DNA of 64,000 bases from an uncultured Acidimicrobiales bacterium (GTDB lineage Bacteria; Actinomycetota; Acidimicrobiia; Acidimicrobiales; Aldehydirespiratoraceae). Positions 27,501 to 36,072 of the stretch are shown here, piece by piece. The notes under the pieces are model-generated. The model was not told the origin of the DNA, did not search any database, and saw nothing but the letters and a program-made list of their open reading frames with translations. The DNA lies in assembly GCA_958296055.1 (NCBI GenBank), contig CATQHS010000001.1, positions 225,917-289,916 of the forward strand. The letters are read 5' to 3'. How positions within the stretch are numbered: the first letter of the stretch is position 1; each line of letters opens with the position of its first letter. The position numbers and the translations under genes were made by a program.

Positions 27501-28119
27501 ACAGCCCGGTGGTCCTTGACATGGCGATGGCGTGGCGGCCTAGGTCGAGGGCCTCGGCCGGGTCGCCGGGGTACAGCACCGGCATGTGCATGTCGGACAG
27601 GACCCCGGCTGAGGACGACGGGATGGTCGAGGACTTGGCGCTGGGGTCGTCGCCGACGACGGCCACCACCCCGCCCAGCGGCGCAGCGCCGGCGAAGACG
27701 GCGTGGCGCAGGGCGTCGGTGGCCCGGTCCACGCCGGGGGCCTTGCCGTACCAGACGCCGATCACTCCGTCGTAGCGGGCGTCGGGCCGGGTCGAGGCGA
27801 GCTGGGCGCCCATGACCGCGGTGGCGGCGTACTCCTCGTTGAGGCCGGGCTTGAAGATCAGCGGCAGGTCGGGGGCGCGGGCGGCCGCGGCCCGCACCGC
27901 CTCGCCGTACCCGCCCAGCGGCGAGCCCTGGTAGCCGGAGACGAAGGCCGCGGTCCTGTGCCCGCTGCGCCGGTCGGCTCGGAGCTGCTCGAGGGGCAGG
28001 CGGGCCAGGGCCTGCAGGCCGGTGAGGAACACCCGGCCCCCGTCGTCGGTGTACTTGCGGTCGAGGCGGTAGTCGTCGAGGAGGGGCTGGTCTAGGAGGG
28101 GCTCGTCGAGGCGGGTCAC
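24538..28119 (-). CDS. Indolepyruvate/2-oxoacid ferredoxin oxidoreductase family protein (fused alpha-beta, ~1190 aa)
   Basis: TPP domain (GDGTFFHSG), 4Fe-4S motifs (CEGCGDC, CLEGDCPSF) and a C-terminal Ior beta-like domain. The start was trimmed to the GTG at 28119, which overlaps the lgt stop (GTGA). Confidence 0.85.
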   Translation of the reverse strand: MTRLDEPLLDQPLLDDYRLDRKYTDDGGRVFLTGLQALARLPLEQLRADRRSGHRTAAFVSGYQGSPLGGYGEAVRAAAARAPDLPLIFKPGLNEEYAATAVMGAQLASTRPDARYDGVIGVWYGKAPGVDRATDALRHAVFAGAAPLGGVVAVVGDDPSAKSSTIPSSSAGVLSDMHMPVLYPGDPAEALDLGRHAIAMSRTTGLWSALKIVSDVADATATVDLDPDRVQPVIPLLNGEPYLHVPDGRLLTPRTVDVEREILDVRYELARTYAVQNRLNYAVVDPDRAWIGIVSSGITYREVREALARLGLADDSDIAAGGIRLLKMGMPVPFSPDTMRRFARGLQQVFVIEEKRPSIESLVKDALYSMPDRPAVVGKHDEAGELLVPGWGGLDADAIAPLLRRRLESHLSYRLAPEPRRPIPVSVWAPGAGQRSPFFCSGCPHNRSTQAPDGALVGAGIGCHTMTLLMDEERFGELTGLTCMGSEGAQWIGMADFVDHPHLIQNLGDGTFFHSGQLAVQAAVAAGVNITYKLLYNGTVAMTGGQDPTGGLDIPRVAEVLLAQGVKRVLVTTEDPARYAGARMPAGVEVWSRDRLMEAQRVLAEVSGVTVLVHDQACAAESRRARKRGLVETPRQRVVINQRICEGCGDCSRISNCLSVQPTETPFGRKTTIDQTTCNLDFSCLEGDCPSFMTVDRPDDPADRSGSAGPGRLRRLGLTRRAATSAAGPPQPPPAPDPQLVVPADEVAVRITGVGGTGVVTVGQIIGTAAMLDGFHTRGLDQIGLSQKAGPVVSDVRLSKAHPSFTNRLGQGQADLLLALDQLTAAGAQGMNTVSERTAVVGSTSPTPTGAMIIDPAVPLPTPEELAERIASASGPIHCWADAQAVTADLFGSTVTANLFVVGMAVQAGALPIDPACVERAIDLNGVAVEANTAAFRWGRVQVADEAAVDAARAAARPSEVAAAPVERFADRLDRLGADGELRDRLSLLAGELARWGDRSVAADWFDVLDRVAAAERAVDPGSTRLLAAAAAGLYKLTAYKDEYEVARLMTDPEAMAEARRVAEGGKVAWRLHPPVLRAMGMDRKISVGVWAAPAVRLLARAKRLRGTCWDPFGRSEVRRTERRLPAEYVEALDQALAVLAPDTLEAAVELAGLPEMVRGYEDIKMANVAEYRRRLSETLTRLENQHPTAAAT

Positions 28120-28934
28120 TGGAAGATCCCGGCTCGGGCCCGGCTCCTCAGGGCCAGGGCCAGGTACACCGCCGAGCCGGCCATGAGGGCCAGGCTCATC
28201 CAGATGTTGACCCGGATCCCGCCCAGCAGGCTGGCCGGGTCGATCCTGATGGTCTCCACCCAGAGCCGGCCCAGCCCGTACCCGCCCGCGTAGACGGCCA
28301 GCAGCGACCCCGGCGGCAGCGCCTTGCGGCGGCCCACCGCCAGCAGCGCCCCGCACAGGGCCAGGTTCCAGAGCCCCTCGTACAGGAAGGTCGGATGGAA
28401 CCCGGCCTGGTCCAGATACTCGACCGGCCGGTGGGCCGGGTCGATCTCAAGCGCCCAGGGCAGGTCGGTGGGCCGGCCGAACAGCTCCTGGTTGAACCAG
28501 TTGCCCAGCCGGCCGATGGCCTGGGCCAGGGGCAGGCCCGGCATCACCGCGTCGATCACCCGGCCGGTCGGGAGGCCGAGTCGGCGGGCCGTCCACACCC
28601 CCACCGCGATGCCGGCCGCCATCCCGCCGGGGATGCCGAGGCCGCCCTCCCAGATCTTGAGCACCTCAATCCAGCCGTCGTCCTGGAACCGCTTCCAGTC
28701 GGTGATCACGTGGTAGGCCCGGGCCCCGACCACGCCGGCCGGGACGGCCCACATCGCGATCCGGCTGATGTCCTCGGGGTCGCCGCCGTCGCGGGCCCAC
28801 CGCCCCCGGGCCAGCAACACCGCGGCCACCACCCCCAGCGCGATCATCAGGCCATACATCCGCAGGTTCAGCGGGCCGAGCTGGAAGCTGTTGAAGCCGG
28901 GGCTGGGAATCGACGCCAGCAGGGCCTCAGTCAC
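28116..28934 (-). CDS. lgt: Prolipoprotein diacylglyceryl transferase
   Basis: 272 aa. It has Lgt family similarity (YGLMIALG, GRLGNWFNQELFGRPT, HPTFLYE). Confidence 0.9.
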   Translation of the reverse strand: MTEALLASIPSPGFNSFQLGPLNLRMYGLMIALGVVAAVLLARGRWARDGGDPEDISRIAMWAVPAGVVGARAYHVITDWKRFQDDGWIEVLKIWEGGLGIPGGMAAGIAVGVWTARRLGLPTGRVIDAVMPGLPLAQAIGRLGNWFNQELFGRPTDLPWALEIDPAHRPVEYLDQAGFHPTFLYEGLWNLALCGALLAVGRRKALPPGSLLAVYAGGYGLGRLWVETIRIDPASLLGGIRVNIWMSLALMAGSAVYLALALRSRARAGIFQ

Positions 28935-28971
28935 CGGGACCCTCCGGCCAGCAACCCCTCGGTCACCGGGG

Positions 28972-30729
28972 TCATCCGGCCAGCACTCCTCGGGTGGCCG
29001 CGGCCAGGTCGGGGCCGGGCTCGGTCACCGCGGCCAGGCGGCCCGGCACCCGGGCCAGCCGGTTGGAGGCGAAAAAGCGAGCCAGCACGGCCCGGTCGGC
29101 CGCTGACCCGCGAGCCAGGGCGCCGTCGGCCAGGGCGGCCCCGGCGGTGGTGACGGCCAGCATCTCCAGGTAGGGCGCAGCCCCGGCCAGCCGAGCTTCG
29201 GGAGAGGCCCGCAACAGCCACCGGGTGGCCTGGGCGGTGGCGGTCACCGCGGCCCGGAGGTGGCGCCGCACCGGGTCCAGCCCGGCCCGGCGGTCCGCGG
29301 CGGCCAAGGCCTCGACGGTGGCGGCCGCGTCGCTCAAGAGGTCGGCCGCCGCGCCCCCGTCCCGGATGGCCAGCTTGCGGCTCACCAAGTCGATGGCCTG
29401 GATGCCGTTGGTGCCCTCGTAGATGGGGGCGATGCGGGCGTCTCGGTAGTGCTGGGCCGAGCCGGTTTCCTCCACATAGCCCATGCCGCCGTGGACTTGG
29501 AGCCCGACCCCGGCCAGCTCGCAGCCGGTGTCGGTGGCCCAGGCCTTGGTGAGCGGCGTGAGCAGCGCGGCCCGCTCATCGGCGGCCCGGCGGGCGTCGG
29601 GGTCGGGTTCGCGGCCGGCCCGGTCCAGGGCCTCGGCGTTGCGGTAGGCCAGGCCCCGCATGGCGCAGATAGTCGACCGCATGTCCAGCAGCATCCGGGC
29701 CACGTCGGGGTGCTCGATGATGGCCGCGGGTTCCCCGCCGGGGGCCCGGCCCTGGCGGCGCTGGCGGGCATAGGCCAGAGCCTGCTGGTAGGACCGCTCG
29801 GCGATGGCCACCCCCTCCAGGCCCACGCTGAGGCGGGCCAGGTTCATCATCTTGAACATGTAGCGCATGCCGTCGTTCTCGGCGCCGATCAGCCACCCGA
29901 CCGCGCCGTCGCCGTCGCCGTAGGACATGACGCAGGTGGGGCTGGCGTGGATGCCGAGCTTGTGCTCTATCGAGACGCAGCGCACGTCGTTGCGGGCCCC
30001 GGGCTCGCCGTCGGAGTCGGGCAGGTGCTTGGGCACGATGAAGCAGCTCAGCCCCTTGGTGCCGGGCGGGGCGCCGGGGGTGCGGGCCAGCACCATGTGG
30101 ACGATGTTGGGGGCCAGGTCGTGCTCGCCGTAGGTGATGAAGATCTTGGTGCCGGTCAGCCGGTAGGAGCCGTCGGGGCGGGGCACGGCCCGGGTGGTCA
30201 CCGCGCCCAGGTCGGACCCGGCCTCGGGCTCGGTGAGGTTCATGGTGCCGGTCCACTCCCCCGACACCAGCCGGGGCAGGTAGAGGGCCTTCTGCTCACC
30301 GCTGCCGAAGGCGGACAGCAGGGCGACCGCCCCCTGGGTCAGCAGCGGGCACAGCGACCAGGCCATGGAAGCAGTGGTGATCATCTCCTCGATGGCCGCC
30401 CCCACCAGGTGCGGGAAGCCGCCGCCCCCGTAGTCGGGGTCGGCGGTGACCGCCCCCCACCCGGCCTCGACGTAAGCGGCGTAGGCGGCGGCGAACCCCG
30501 GCGTGGTGACGACTTGGCCGTCGTCGCCGTGGCGGGCGCCGATGAGGTCGCCGTCGCGGTTGAGGGGGGCGATCACCTCCTCGGCGAACCGGGCCGCCTC
30601 GGCCAGCAGGTCGTCGACCAGATCGGCCTCGACGTGCTCGAAGCCGGGCAGTGCGGCCACGCCGTCCAAGTCGGCCACGCCGCGCAGGTTGAACTTGATC
30701 TCGTCGAGGTCGACCCGGAGATCGCTCAC
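28972..30729 (-). CDS. Acyl-CoA dehydrogenase (long form, ~585 aa)
   Basis: ACAD N/M/C domains (GTMNLTEPEAGSD, YGEHD, IYEGTNGIQ). The 881-aa track ORF was trimmed to the GTG at 30729, which overlaps the upstream stop. Confidence 0.85.
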   Translation of the reverse strand: MSDLRVDLDEIKFNLRGVADLDGVAALPGFEHVEADLVDDLLAEAARFAEEVIAPLNRDGDLIGARHGDDGQVVTTPGFAAAYAAYVEAGWGAVTADPDYGGGGFPHLVGAAIEEMITTASMAWSLCPLLTQGAVALLSAFGSGEQKALYLPRLVSGEWTGTMNLTEPEAGSDLGAVTTRAVPRPDGSYRLTGTKIFITYGEHDLAPNIVHMVLARTPGAPPGTKGLSCFIVPKHLPDSDGEPGARNDVRCVSIEHKLGIHASPTCVMSYGDGDGAVGWLIGAENDGMRYMFKMMNLARLSVGLEGVAIAERSYQQALAYARQRRQGRAPGGEPAAIIEHPDVARMLLDMRSTICAMRGLAYRNAEALDRAGREPDPDARRAADERAALLTPLTKAWATDTGCELAGVGLQVHGGMGYVEETGSAQHYRDARIAPIYEGTNGIQAIDLVSRKLAIRDGGAAADLLSDAAATVEALAAADRRAGLDPVRRHLRAAVTATAQATRWLLRASPEARLAGAAPYLEMLAVTTAGAALADGALARGSAADRAVLARFFASNRLARVPGRLAAVTEPGPDLAAATRGVLAG

Positions 30730-31679
30730 CCCGGTGATGGTACCGCCCCGCCTCCGTCGCCGGTTCCGGCCGCCTCGGGTTTGCCCCCGTCGCCGGGGTC
30801 GGCGCCCCGATGGCGGCCTGCGGCCAGAACCTCGTTGATCTCGGCTCCGGCCAGCAGGCCCATGGCCAGCAGGTAGAGCCACACCAGCACGCTCAGGGCC
30901 CCGCCCAGCAGCCCGAACACGGCGTTGACCCCGTCGGAGACCGCGTCCAGATAGGTCCGGAACCCCAGCGACACGGCCATCCACCAGGCGGTGGCCACCA
31001 CCGCGCCGGGGAGCTCCCGCCGCCACGGCACCCGCTGGCGGGGGGCGACGCGGTAGACGGTGGTGGCCCAGACCACCACCACCCCGAACACGACCGGCCA
31101 CCGGAGCCAGTTCCAGGCGGCGGTGAACGCCGATCCGGCCCCGAACCGGCCGGCGATCTCCTCGCCTCCTCCGAGCAGGGGCCCCACCACGATCATGGTG
31201 ACGACCAGGGCGGCCACCGCCACGGTGAAGGCGGTCAGCCCCAAGCCCACCAGCCGGCTGGACAGCCAGCCCCGGCGCTCGTCGAGGTCGAGGTTGTAGG
31301 CCACGTCGAGGGCCTTGACCACGGCCACGAAGCCCCGCGACGAGGCGTACAGCACCAGCGCGGTGCCCACGGTGAGGGCTCCGGTGTTGGACCGCTCGAA
31401 CAGGTCGGCGAGGGTGGATTGCAAGGTGTTGTCGGCGCCGAACACCCCAATCACCTGGTCTAGGAGCCAGGCCCGGGCGTCGGCGGCGGCGTCTTGGCCG
31501 ATCACCACGTCCAGCCAGCTCAGCGCGGCCGCGAAGGCGATCACCGCCGGGAACAAGCCCAGCAGGGCGAAGAACGCTATCTCCGCGGCCAGTCCCCCGA
31601 CCCGATCCCGGGACCACTCCCGGTGGAAGTCGAGGGCGATGCGGACGGCCGGGTTGGCGCGTAGTCGGGCGAAGCGCAT
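30726..31679 (-). CDS. YihY/BrkB-family membrane protein
   Basis: 317 aa polytopic protein with YihY family similarity (LAAEIAFFALLGLFP). Confidence 0.8.
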   Translation of the reverse strand: MRFARLRANPAVRIALDFHREWSRDRVGGLAAEIAFFALLGLFPAVIAFAAALSWLDVVIGQDAAADARAWLLDQVIGVFGADNTLQSTLADLFERSNTGALTVGTALVLYASSRGFVAVVKALDVAYNLDLDERRGWLSSRLVGLGLTAFTVAVAALVVTMIVVGPLLGGGEEIAGRFGAGSAFTAAWNWLRWPVVFGVVVVWATTVYRVAPRQRVPWRRELPGAVVATAWWMAVSLGFRTYLDAVSDGVNAVFGLLGGALSVLVWLYLLAMGLLAGAEINEVLAAGRHRGADPGDGGKPEAAGTGDGGGAVPSPG

Positions 31680-31723
31680 CCCCGGAGTCTGCTACCGGGC
31701 CGGGCCTGACCCCGGGCCGGGGC

Positions 31724-34696
31724 TCAACTGCAGCCGCTGGTGGAGCCGCAGTGGGCGCACACGTGGCACGGGCCGGTGCGCAGCATCGGCACCCCGCAGG
31801 TCAGGCAGAAGGGGGCGTCGGAGTGGGGCCTGAACCCGGCGGCGGCTCGGGCCGCGGCGGGGCCGGGCCGGGCCCCGGGCGGGTCGGGGGGCAGGTCGAG
31901 GCCCTGGAGGGTCTCCACCGCCTGCTCCTCCACCCCGGGCAGGGTGGGCTCGGTCCGCTCGTCGGTGGTGAGGATGCCCAGATCGGCCCGCTCGGCCGGG
32001 TCGAGGTACATCACGGCCAGCTTGCGGAACAGGTAGTCGATCAGGCTGGTGGCGATGCGCAGCTCGGCGTCGTCGGTGATGCCGGCCGGCTCGAACCGCA
32101 TCCCCACGAAGGCCTCGACGAAGGCCTGCAGCGGCACCCCGTACTGGAGCCCGTGGCTGACCGAGATGGCGAAGCCGTCCATGATCCCGGCCAGGGTCGA
32201 GCCCTGCTTGGACACCCGCACGAACACCTCGCCGGGCCGGCCGTCGTCGTACTCCCCCACGGTCACGAACCCCTTGCAGCCGGCCACCCGGAACTCGAAG
32301 GTCCGCGACCGGCGGCTGCGGGGCAGCCGCCGCCGCACCGGCCCGCTGGCAGCGGGAGCGGTACCGGCGGCGGAGGCGGCACTGGCGGCGGGAGCGGCGG
32401 TGTCGTCAGGGCCAGCGGGCCCGGCGTCAGATCCGGCCGTCAGGGGCTGGACGACTTTGCAGTTGTCGCGATACAGGGCCACCGCCTTGAGCCCGAGCCG
32501 CCAGCTCTCGATGAGCAGCTTCTCGATCTCGGCCGCGGTCACCGACTCGGGGAGGTTCACGGTCTTGGAGATGGCGCCGGACAGGAAGGGCTGCACCGCC
32601 GCCATCATCTTCACGTGGCCCAGGTAGTGGATGGAGTTGTCGCCCAGCGAGCAGGCGAACACCCCGATGTGGGCGGGGTCGAGGCCGGGCGCGCCCAGCA
32701 CGGTGTGATGCCGGTCCACGTGGTCCACGATGGCCGTGGCCTGGCCGTCGTCGTAGCCGAGCCGGCGCAGGGCCCGTGACACGGTCTGGTTGACCATGGT
32801 CATGGTGCCGCCGCCGACTAGCTGCTTGACCTTGACCAGCATCAGGTCGGGCTCGATGCCGGTGGTGTCGCAGTCCATGAGCAGGCCGATGGTGCCGGTG
32901 GGGGCCAGCACCGTGGCCTGGCTGTTGCGCACCCCGTCGGCTGCGGCCCGCCGGCAGGCCTCGTCCCAGGCCCGGCGGGCCGCGGCCAGCAGGCCGGCGG
33001 GGGCTAGGGCGGGATCGATGGCCGCGGTGGCGTCCCGGTGCTTGTCCAGCACGTCCAGCATGGGCCCGCGATTGGCGTGGAAGCCGGCGAAGGGGCTCAT
33101 CCGGGCGGCCAGGCGGGCCGAGGTGAGGTAGGCCCGGCCGGTCATCAGCGAGGTGACGGCTGCGGCCACGGCCCGGCCCTCGTCGGAGTCGTAGGCCAGG
33201 CCCAGGGCCATGAGCAGCGCCCCCAGGTTGGCGTAGCCCAGGCCGAGCTGGCGGAAGGCCCGGGTGGTGGCGGCGATGGCCGGGGTCGGGTAGTCGGCGT
33301 TGCCCACCAGGATTTCCTGGGCGGTGAACATCACCGTCACCGCGTGGGCGAAGCCGTCGGCGTCGAAGGCCCCGTCGTCGCCCAGGAAGCTCAACAGGTT
33401 GAGCGAGGCCAGGTTGCAGGCGCTGTCGTCGAGGTGGACGTACTCGCTGCACGGGTTGCTGGCGTTGATCCGGCCGGTGGCCGCGGCGGTGTTCCAGGCG
33501 TTGATGGTGGTGTCGAACTGCACGCCGGGGTCGGCGCACTCCCAGGCCGCCTCGGCTATCTGGCCCAGGATGGACCGGGCGTCGACGGCATCGACCACCG
33601 AGCCGTCGGTGCGGGCGGTCAGCTCCCATTGGGCGTCGTCGAGCACGGCCCGCATGAAGTCGTCGCTGAGCCGCACCGAGTTGTTGGCGTTCTGGTACTG
33701 GATGGAATGGGTGTCGGCCCCGTCGAGGCTCATGTCGAAGCCGGCGGCGGCCAGGGCCCGGGCCTTGCGCTCCTCGCGGGCCTTGCACCAGATGAAGTCG
33801 ACGATGTCGGGGTGGTCGGCGTCGAGGATCACCATCTTGGCCGCCCGGCGGGTCTTGCCCCCCGACTTGATGGTGCCGGCCGAGGCGTCGGCGCCCCGCA
33901 TGAAGCTCACCGGGCCCGAGGCGGTGCCCCCGCCCCGCAGGGGCTCGGCGCCGGCCCGCAAGGACGACAGGTTGACGCCGGACCCGGAGCCGCCCTTGAA
34001 GATGCGGGCCTCGGTTGAGTACCACTCCAGGATCGACTCCATGGAGTCGTCCACCGACAGGATGAAGCAGGCCGACGCCTGCTGGGGCACGCCGGCGACG
34101 CCGATGTTGAACCACACCGGCGAGTTGAAGGCGGCTCTCTGGGTGACCAGCAGGCAGGACAGCTCGTCTCGGAAGGCGTCCCGCTCGGCGCCGTCGGCGA
34201 AGTAGCCGTCCCGGTTCCCCCATTCGGTGATGGTCCCGGCGATGCGGTCCACCACTTGGCGCAGCGAACTCTCCCGCTCGGGGGTTCCGAGCCCGCCCCG
34301 GAAGTACTTCTGGGCCAGGATGTTGGTGGCGTTCTGCGACCAGGACTTCGGCACCTCCACGTCGGGTTGCTCGAAGGCGACCGACCCGTCCCGGTGGTCG
34401 GTCAGCCGGGCCAGGCGGCGCTCCCAGACGACGCCGCCAGGGCCGCCATGGCGGTTGTGGCCTGCGGTGTCGTTGTGGCCTGCGGTGCTGTAGTGACCCG
34501 CGGTGTCGTTGCGGCCTGCGGTGTCGTTGTGGCCTGCGGTGAACCGCCGGGTGATGATGGGCGCGTCGTCTGAGCGGCCTGAGGGCCCTTGACCCGGGCC
34601 CCGGTCGCCAGGCACCGGATTGTCCGGTGCCGGACGGCCGGCGACCGAGGCCAAGTCGGCCGCGTCGGAGGGTGCTGCCAGGTCAGGAGGATGCAT
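31724..34696 (-). CDS. nrdJ: Vitamin B12-dependent ribonucleotide reductase (class II)
   Basis: KSWSQNATNILAQKYFRG, SACFIL, the GGGTMTMVNQ region and a C-terminal CxxC..CxxC zinc ribbon. I chose the ATG at 34696, but the start is uncertain. Confidence 0.9.
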   Translation of the reverse strand: MHPPDLAAPSDAADLASVAGRPAPDNPVPGDRGPGQGPSGRSDDAPIITRRFTAGHNDTAGRNDTAGHYSTAGHNDTAGHNRHGGPGGVVWERRLARLTDHRDGSVAFEQPDVEVPKSWSQNATNILAQKYFRGGLGTPERESSLRQVVDRIAGTITEWGNRDGYFADGAERDAFRDELSCLLVTQRAAFNSPVWFNIGVAGVPQQASACFILSVDDSMESILEWYSTEARIFKGGSGSGVNLSSLRAGAEPLRGGGTASGPVSFMRGADASAGTIKSGGKTRRAAKMVILDADHPDIVDFIWCKAREERKARALAAAGFDMSLDGADTHSIQYQNANNSVRLSDDFMRAVLDDAQWELTARTDGSVVDAVDARSILGQIAEAAWECADPGVQFDTTINAWNTAAATGRINASNPCSEYVHLDDSACNLASLNLLSFLGDDGAFDADGFAHAVTVMFTAQEILVGNADYPTPAIAATTRAFRQLGLGYANLGALLMALGLAYDSDEGRAVAAAVTSLMTGRAYLTSARLAARMSPFAGFHANRGPMLDVLDKHRDATAAIDPALAPAGLLAAARRAWDEACRRAAADGVRNSQATVLAPTGTIGLLMDCDTTGIEPDLMLVKVKQLVGGGTMTMVNQTVSRALRRLGYDDGQATAIVDHVDRHHTVLGAPGLDPAHIGVFACSLGDNSIHYLGHVKMMAAVQPFLSGAISKTVNLPESVTAAEIEKLLIESWRLGLKAVALYRDNCKVVQPLTAGSDAGPAGPDDTAAPAASAASAAGTAPAASGPVRRRLPRSRRSRTFEFRVAGCKGFVTVGEYDDGRPGEVFVRVSKQGSTLAGIMDGFAISVSHGLQYGVPLQAFVEAFVGMRFEPAGITDDAELRIATSLIDYLFRKLAVMYLDPAERADLGILTTDERTEPTLPGVEEQAVETLQGLDLPPDPPGARPGPAAARAAAGFRPHSDAPFCLTCGVPMLRTGPCHVCAHCGSTSGCS
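34451..34540 (-). repeat. 18-bp x5 in-frame tandem repeat (TAGHND hexapeptide units) in the nrdJ N-terminal region
   Basis: GTCGTTGTGGCCTGCGGT-type units encode TAGHND TAGRND TAGHYS TAGHND TAGHNR. Confidence 0.9.
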
Positions 34697-34992
34697 GCGC
34701 GGACGCGCCTTCCCGCTCTCCCTCGCTCGGGACTCGGGACCTCCAAGGACAGCGCATTCCCACTCCATTCCCTTTCGGGTTCAAGATAAGGGACCGCCAC
34801 CACATCCGGCGGTCCTCCGACACAGCGACGGCAAGTTACGGCGGCCGCGATGTGAATGTAAAGAGAATTGCATGGGGATTTAAGGTGGATTCCGGCGGAT
34901 TCGTCCACAGATCCTCCCCCGGCCTGTGGACAGCCCGCCGGGCGGCGCAGGCAACCGCGGGCGGTGCGGGGCGGCGCCGGTAGCGTCGGGGC

Positions 34993-35850
34993 GTGCGCAA
35001 GCTGCTGCCCGGCCCGGCGGCCGAGGTAGACCTGCTCGACGTGTACCCGGCTGCGGCCCGGACCCCTCCGGCCGGGCGGCCCTGGGTGATGGTCAACATG
35101 ATCGCCTCGGCGGACGGGGCGGTGGCGGTGGGCGGGGCCAGTCGGGGGCTGGGCAGCCCCGCCGACCAGGCCGTGTTCCAAGCGGTGAGGGCCTGCGCCG
35201 ACTGGATACTGGTGGGGGCTGGCACCGTAAGGGCCGAGCGCTACCGCCTCCCCCGCCCGTCGGCGGCGGCGCTCGAAGCCCGGCGGCAGGCGGGGCGGTC
35301 TGACCGGCCCGGTCTGGCCGTGGTGAGCGCCGGCTTGGACTTCGACCCGGGCCTGCCCATGCTGGCCGACCAGCGCCCCGGCGAGGCCCGTCCGCTGATC
35401 CTCACCGGCCCCGACGCACCCCGAGACCGGGCCGAGCACCTGGCCGGGACGGCCGAAGTGGTGCGGCTGGAGCCGCCCGCCATCCCGCTGGCCGAAGCGG
35501 CCCGGATCGGGTCGCCCGCCGCCACGTTGGGCGAGTTGGGACGGATGGAGCCGCCCGCCGCCCCGCCGGCCGAAACGGCCCGGATCGGGTCGCCCGCCGC
35601 CGCGCTGGGCGAGTTGGGACGGCGGGGGGCGAAGGTTGTGCTGTCGGAGGGGGGGCCGACCCTCAACGCCTGGCTGGCCGACGCGGGAATGATCGACGAA
35701 CTGTGCCTGTCGATCGCCCCCCTGCTGGCCGGGGGGCCGAGCCCCCGCCTGATACACGGCGCCGCCCTCGCCGGGCCGCTAACCCTCGAGTTGGCCCATT
35801 TGCTCGAGGAAGACGGCATGCTGTTCGCCAGATACCTCGCGCTCCGGTAA
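34993..35850 (+). CDS. RibD C-terminal domain / dihydrofolate-reductase-like pyrimidine reductase family protein
   Basis: NMIASADGAV, ILVGAGTVRAERY, SEGGPTLNAWL and DELCLSIAP motifs. Confidence 0.75.
   Translation: MRKLLPGPAAEVDLLDVYPAAARTPPAGRPWVMVNMIASADGAVAVGGASRGLGSPADQAVFQAVRACADWILVGAGTVRAERYRLPRPSAAALEARRQAGRSDRPGLAVVSAGLDFDPGLPMLADQRPGEARPLILTGPDAPRDRAEHLAGTAEVVRLEPPAIPLAEAARIGSPAATLGELGRMEPPAAPPAETARIGSPAAALGELGRRGAKVVLSEGGPTLNAWLADAGMIDELCLSIAPLLAGGPSPRLIHGAALAGPLTLELAHLLEEDGMLFARYLALR
35470..35625 (+). repeat. 78-bp x2 in-frame tandem duplication inside the RibD-C-like gene
   Basis: EPPAIPLAEAARIGSPAATLGELGRM / EPPAAPPAETARIGSPAAALGELGRR. The nucleotide units start at 35470 and 35548. 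Confidence 0.9.
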
Positions 35851-35898
35851 AGAGGGGCGACTCGAGCCATAAGGCTCAGTGCTTTGAACCCCAAATGC

Positions 35899-35927
35899 TT
35901 GACCTCGGCATCTGGGGAACATATGTT
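35899..35927 (+). promoter_or_regulatory. Candidate lexA promoter (TTGACC-N17-TATGTT)
   Basis: -35/-10 hexamers have a 17-nt spacer, immediately upstream of and overlapping the SOS boxes. This is a motif match only. Confidence 0.45.
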
Positions 35928-35928
35928 G

Positions 35929-35944
35929 TCGAACACGAGTTCGA
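35929..35944. promoter_or_regulatory. LexA (SOS) box TCGAACACGAGTTCGA, plus adjacent imperfect box GAACATATGTTG (35917-35928)
   Basis: Perfect match to the actinobacterial consensus TCGAAC-N4-GTTCGA, about 130 nt upstream of the lexA ATG. Confidence 0.85.
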
Positions 35945-36072
35945 CCGGTCGGGTTCAGGGCCCGACCCGCCCAGACCGATCCAGGCCGATCCCCAGTCAG
36001 CCGGATCGGAGCAACCCCCTCCCGGATCACAAGCCCGATCGGAGAAGCCGATCGGGGAAGGAGAGCAGCATC

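Noticed and set aside
28972-31617. 881-aa ORF fusing acyl-CoA dehydrogenase with upstream sequence. Similar N-terminal over-extensions occur at 24538..28356, 42355..44250, 43473..45428, 45131..46789, 46886..47974, 35884..36699 and 7649..8815.
   Set aside because: The upstream portions are Arg/Gly/Pro-rich, overlap neighbouring genes in other frames, and begin before the first homology-supported residues. I chose starts at the first plausible ATG/GTG near conserved N-termini, often with 4-nt overlaps.
34770-34900. Possible cobalamin riboswitch in the nrdJ leader (GGGAATGGAGTGGGAATGCGC resembles the GGGAA..GGTG..AATCC core).
   Set aside because: The match is partial and I could find no B12 box. 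B12 riboswitches normally repress B12-independent enzymes, not the B12-dependent NrdJ. An Rfam scan would settle it.
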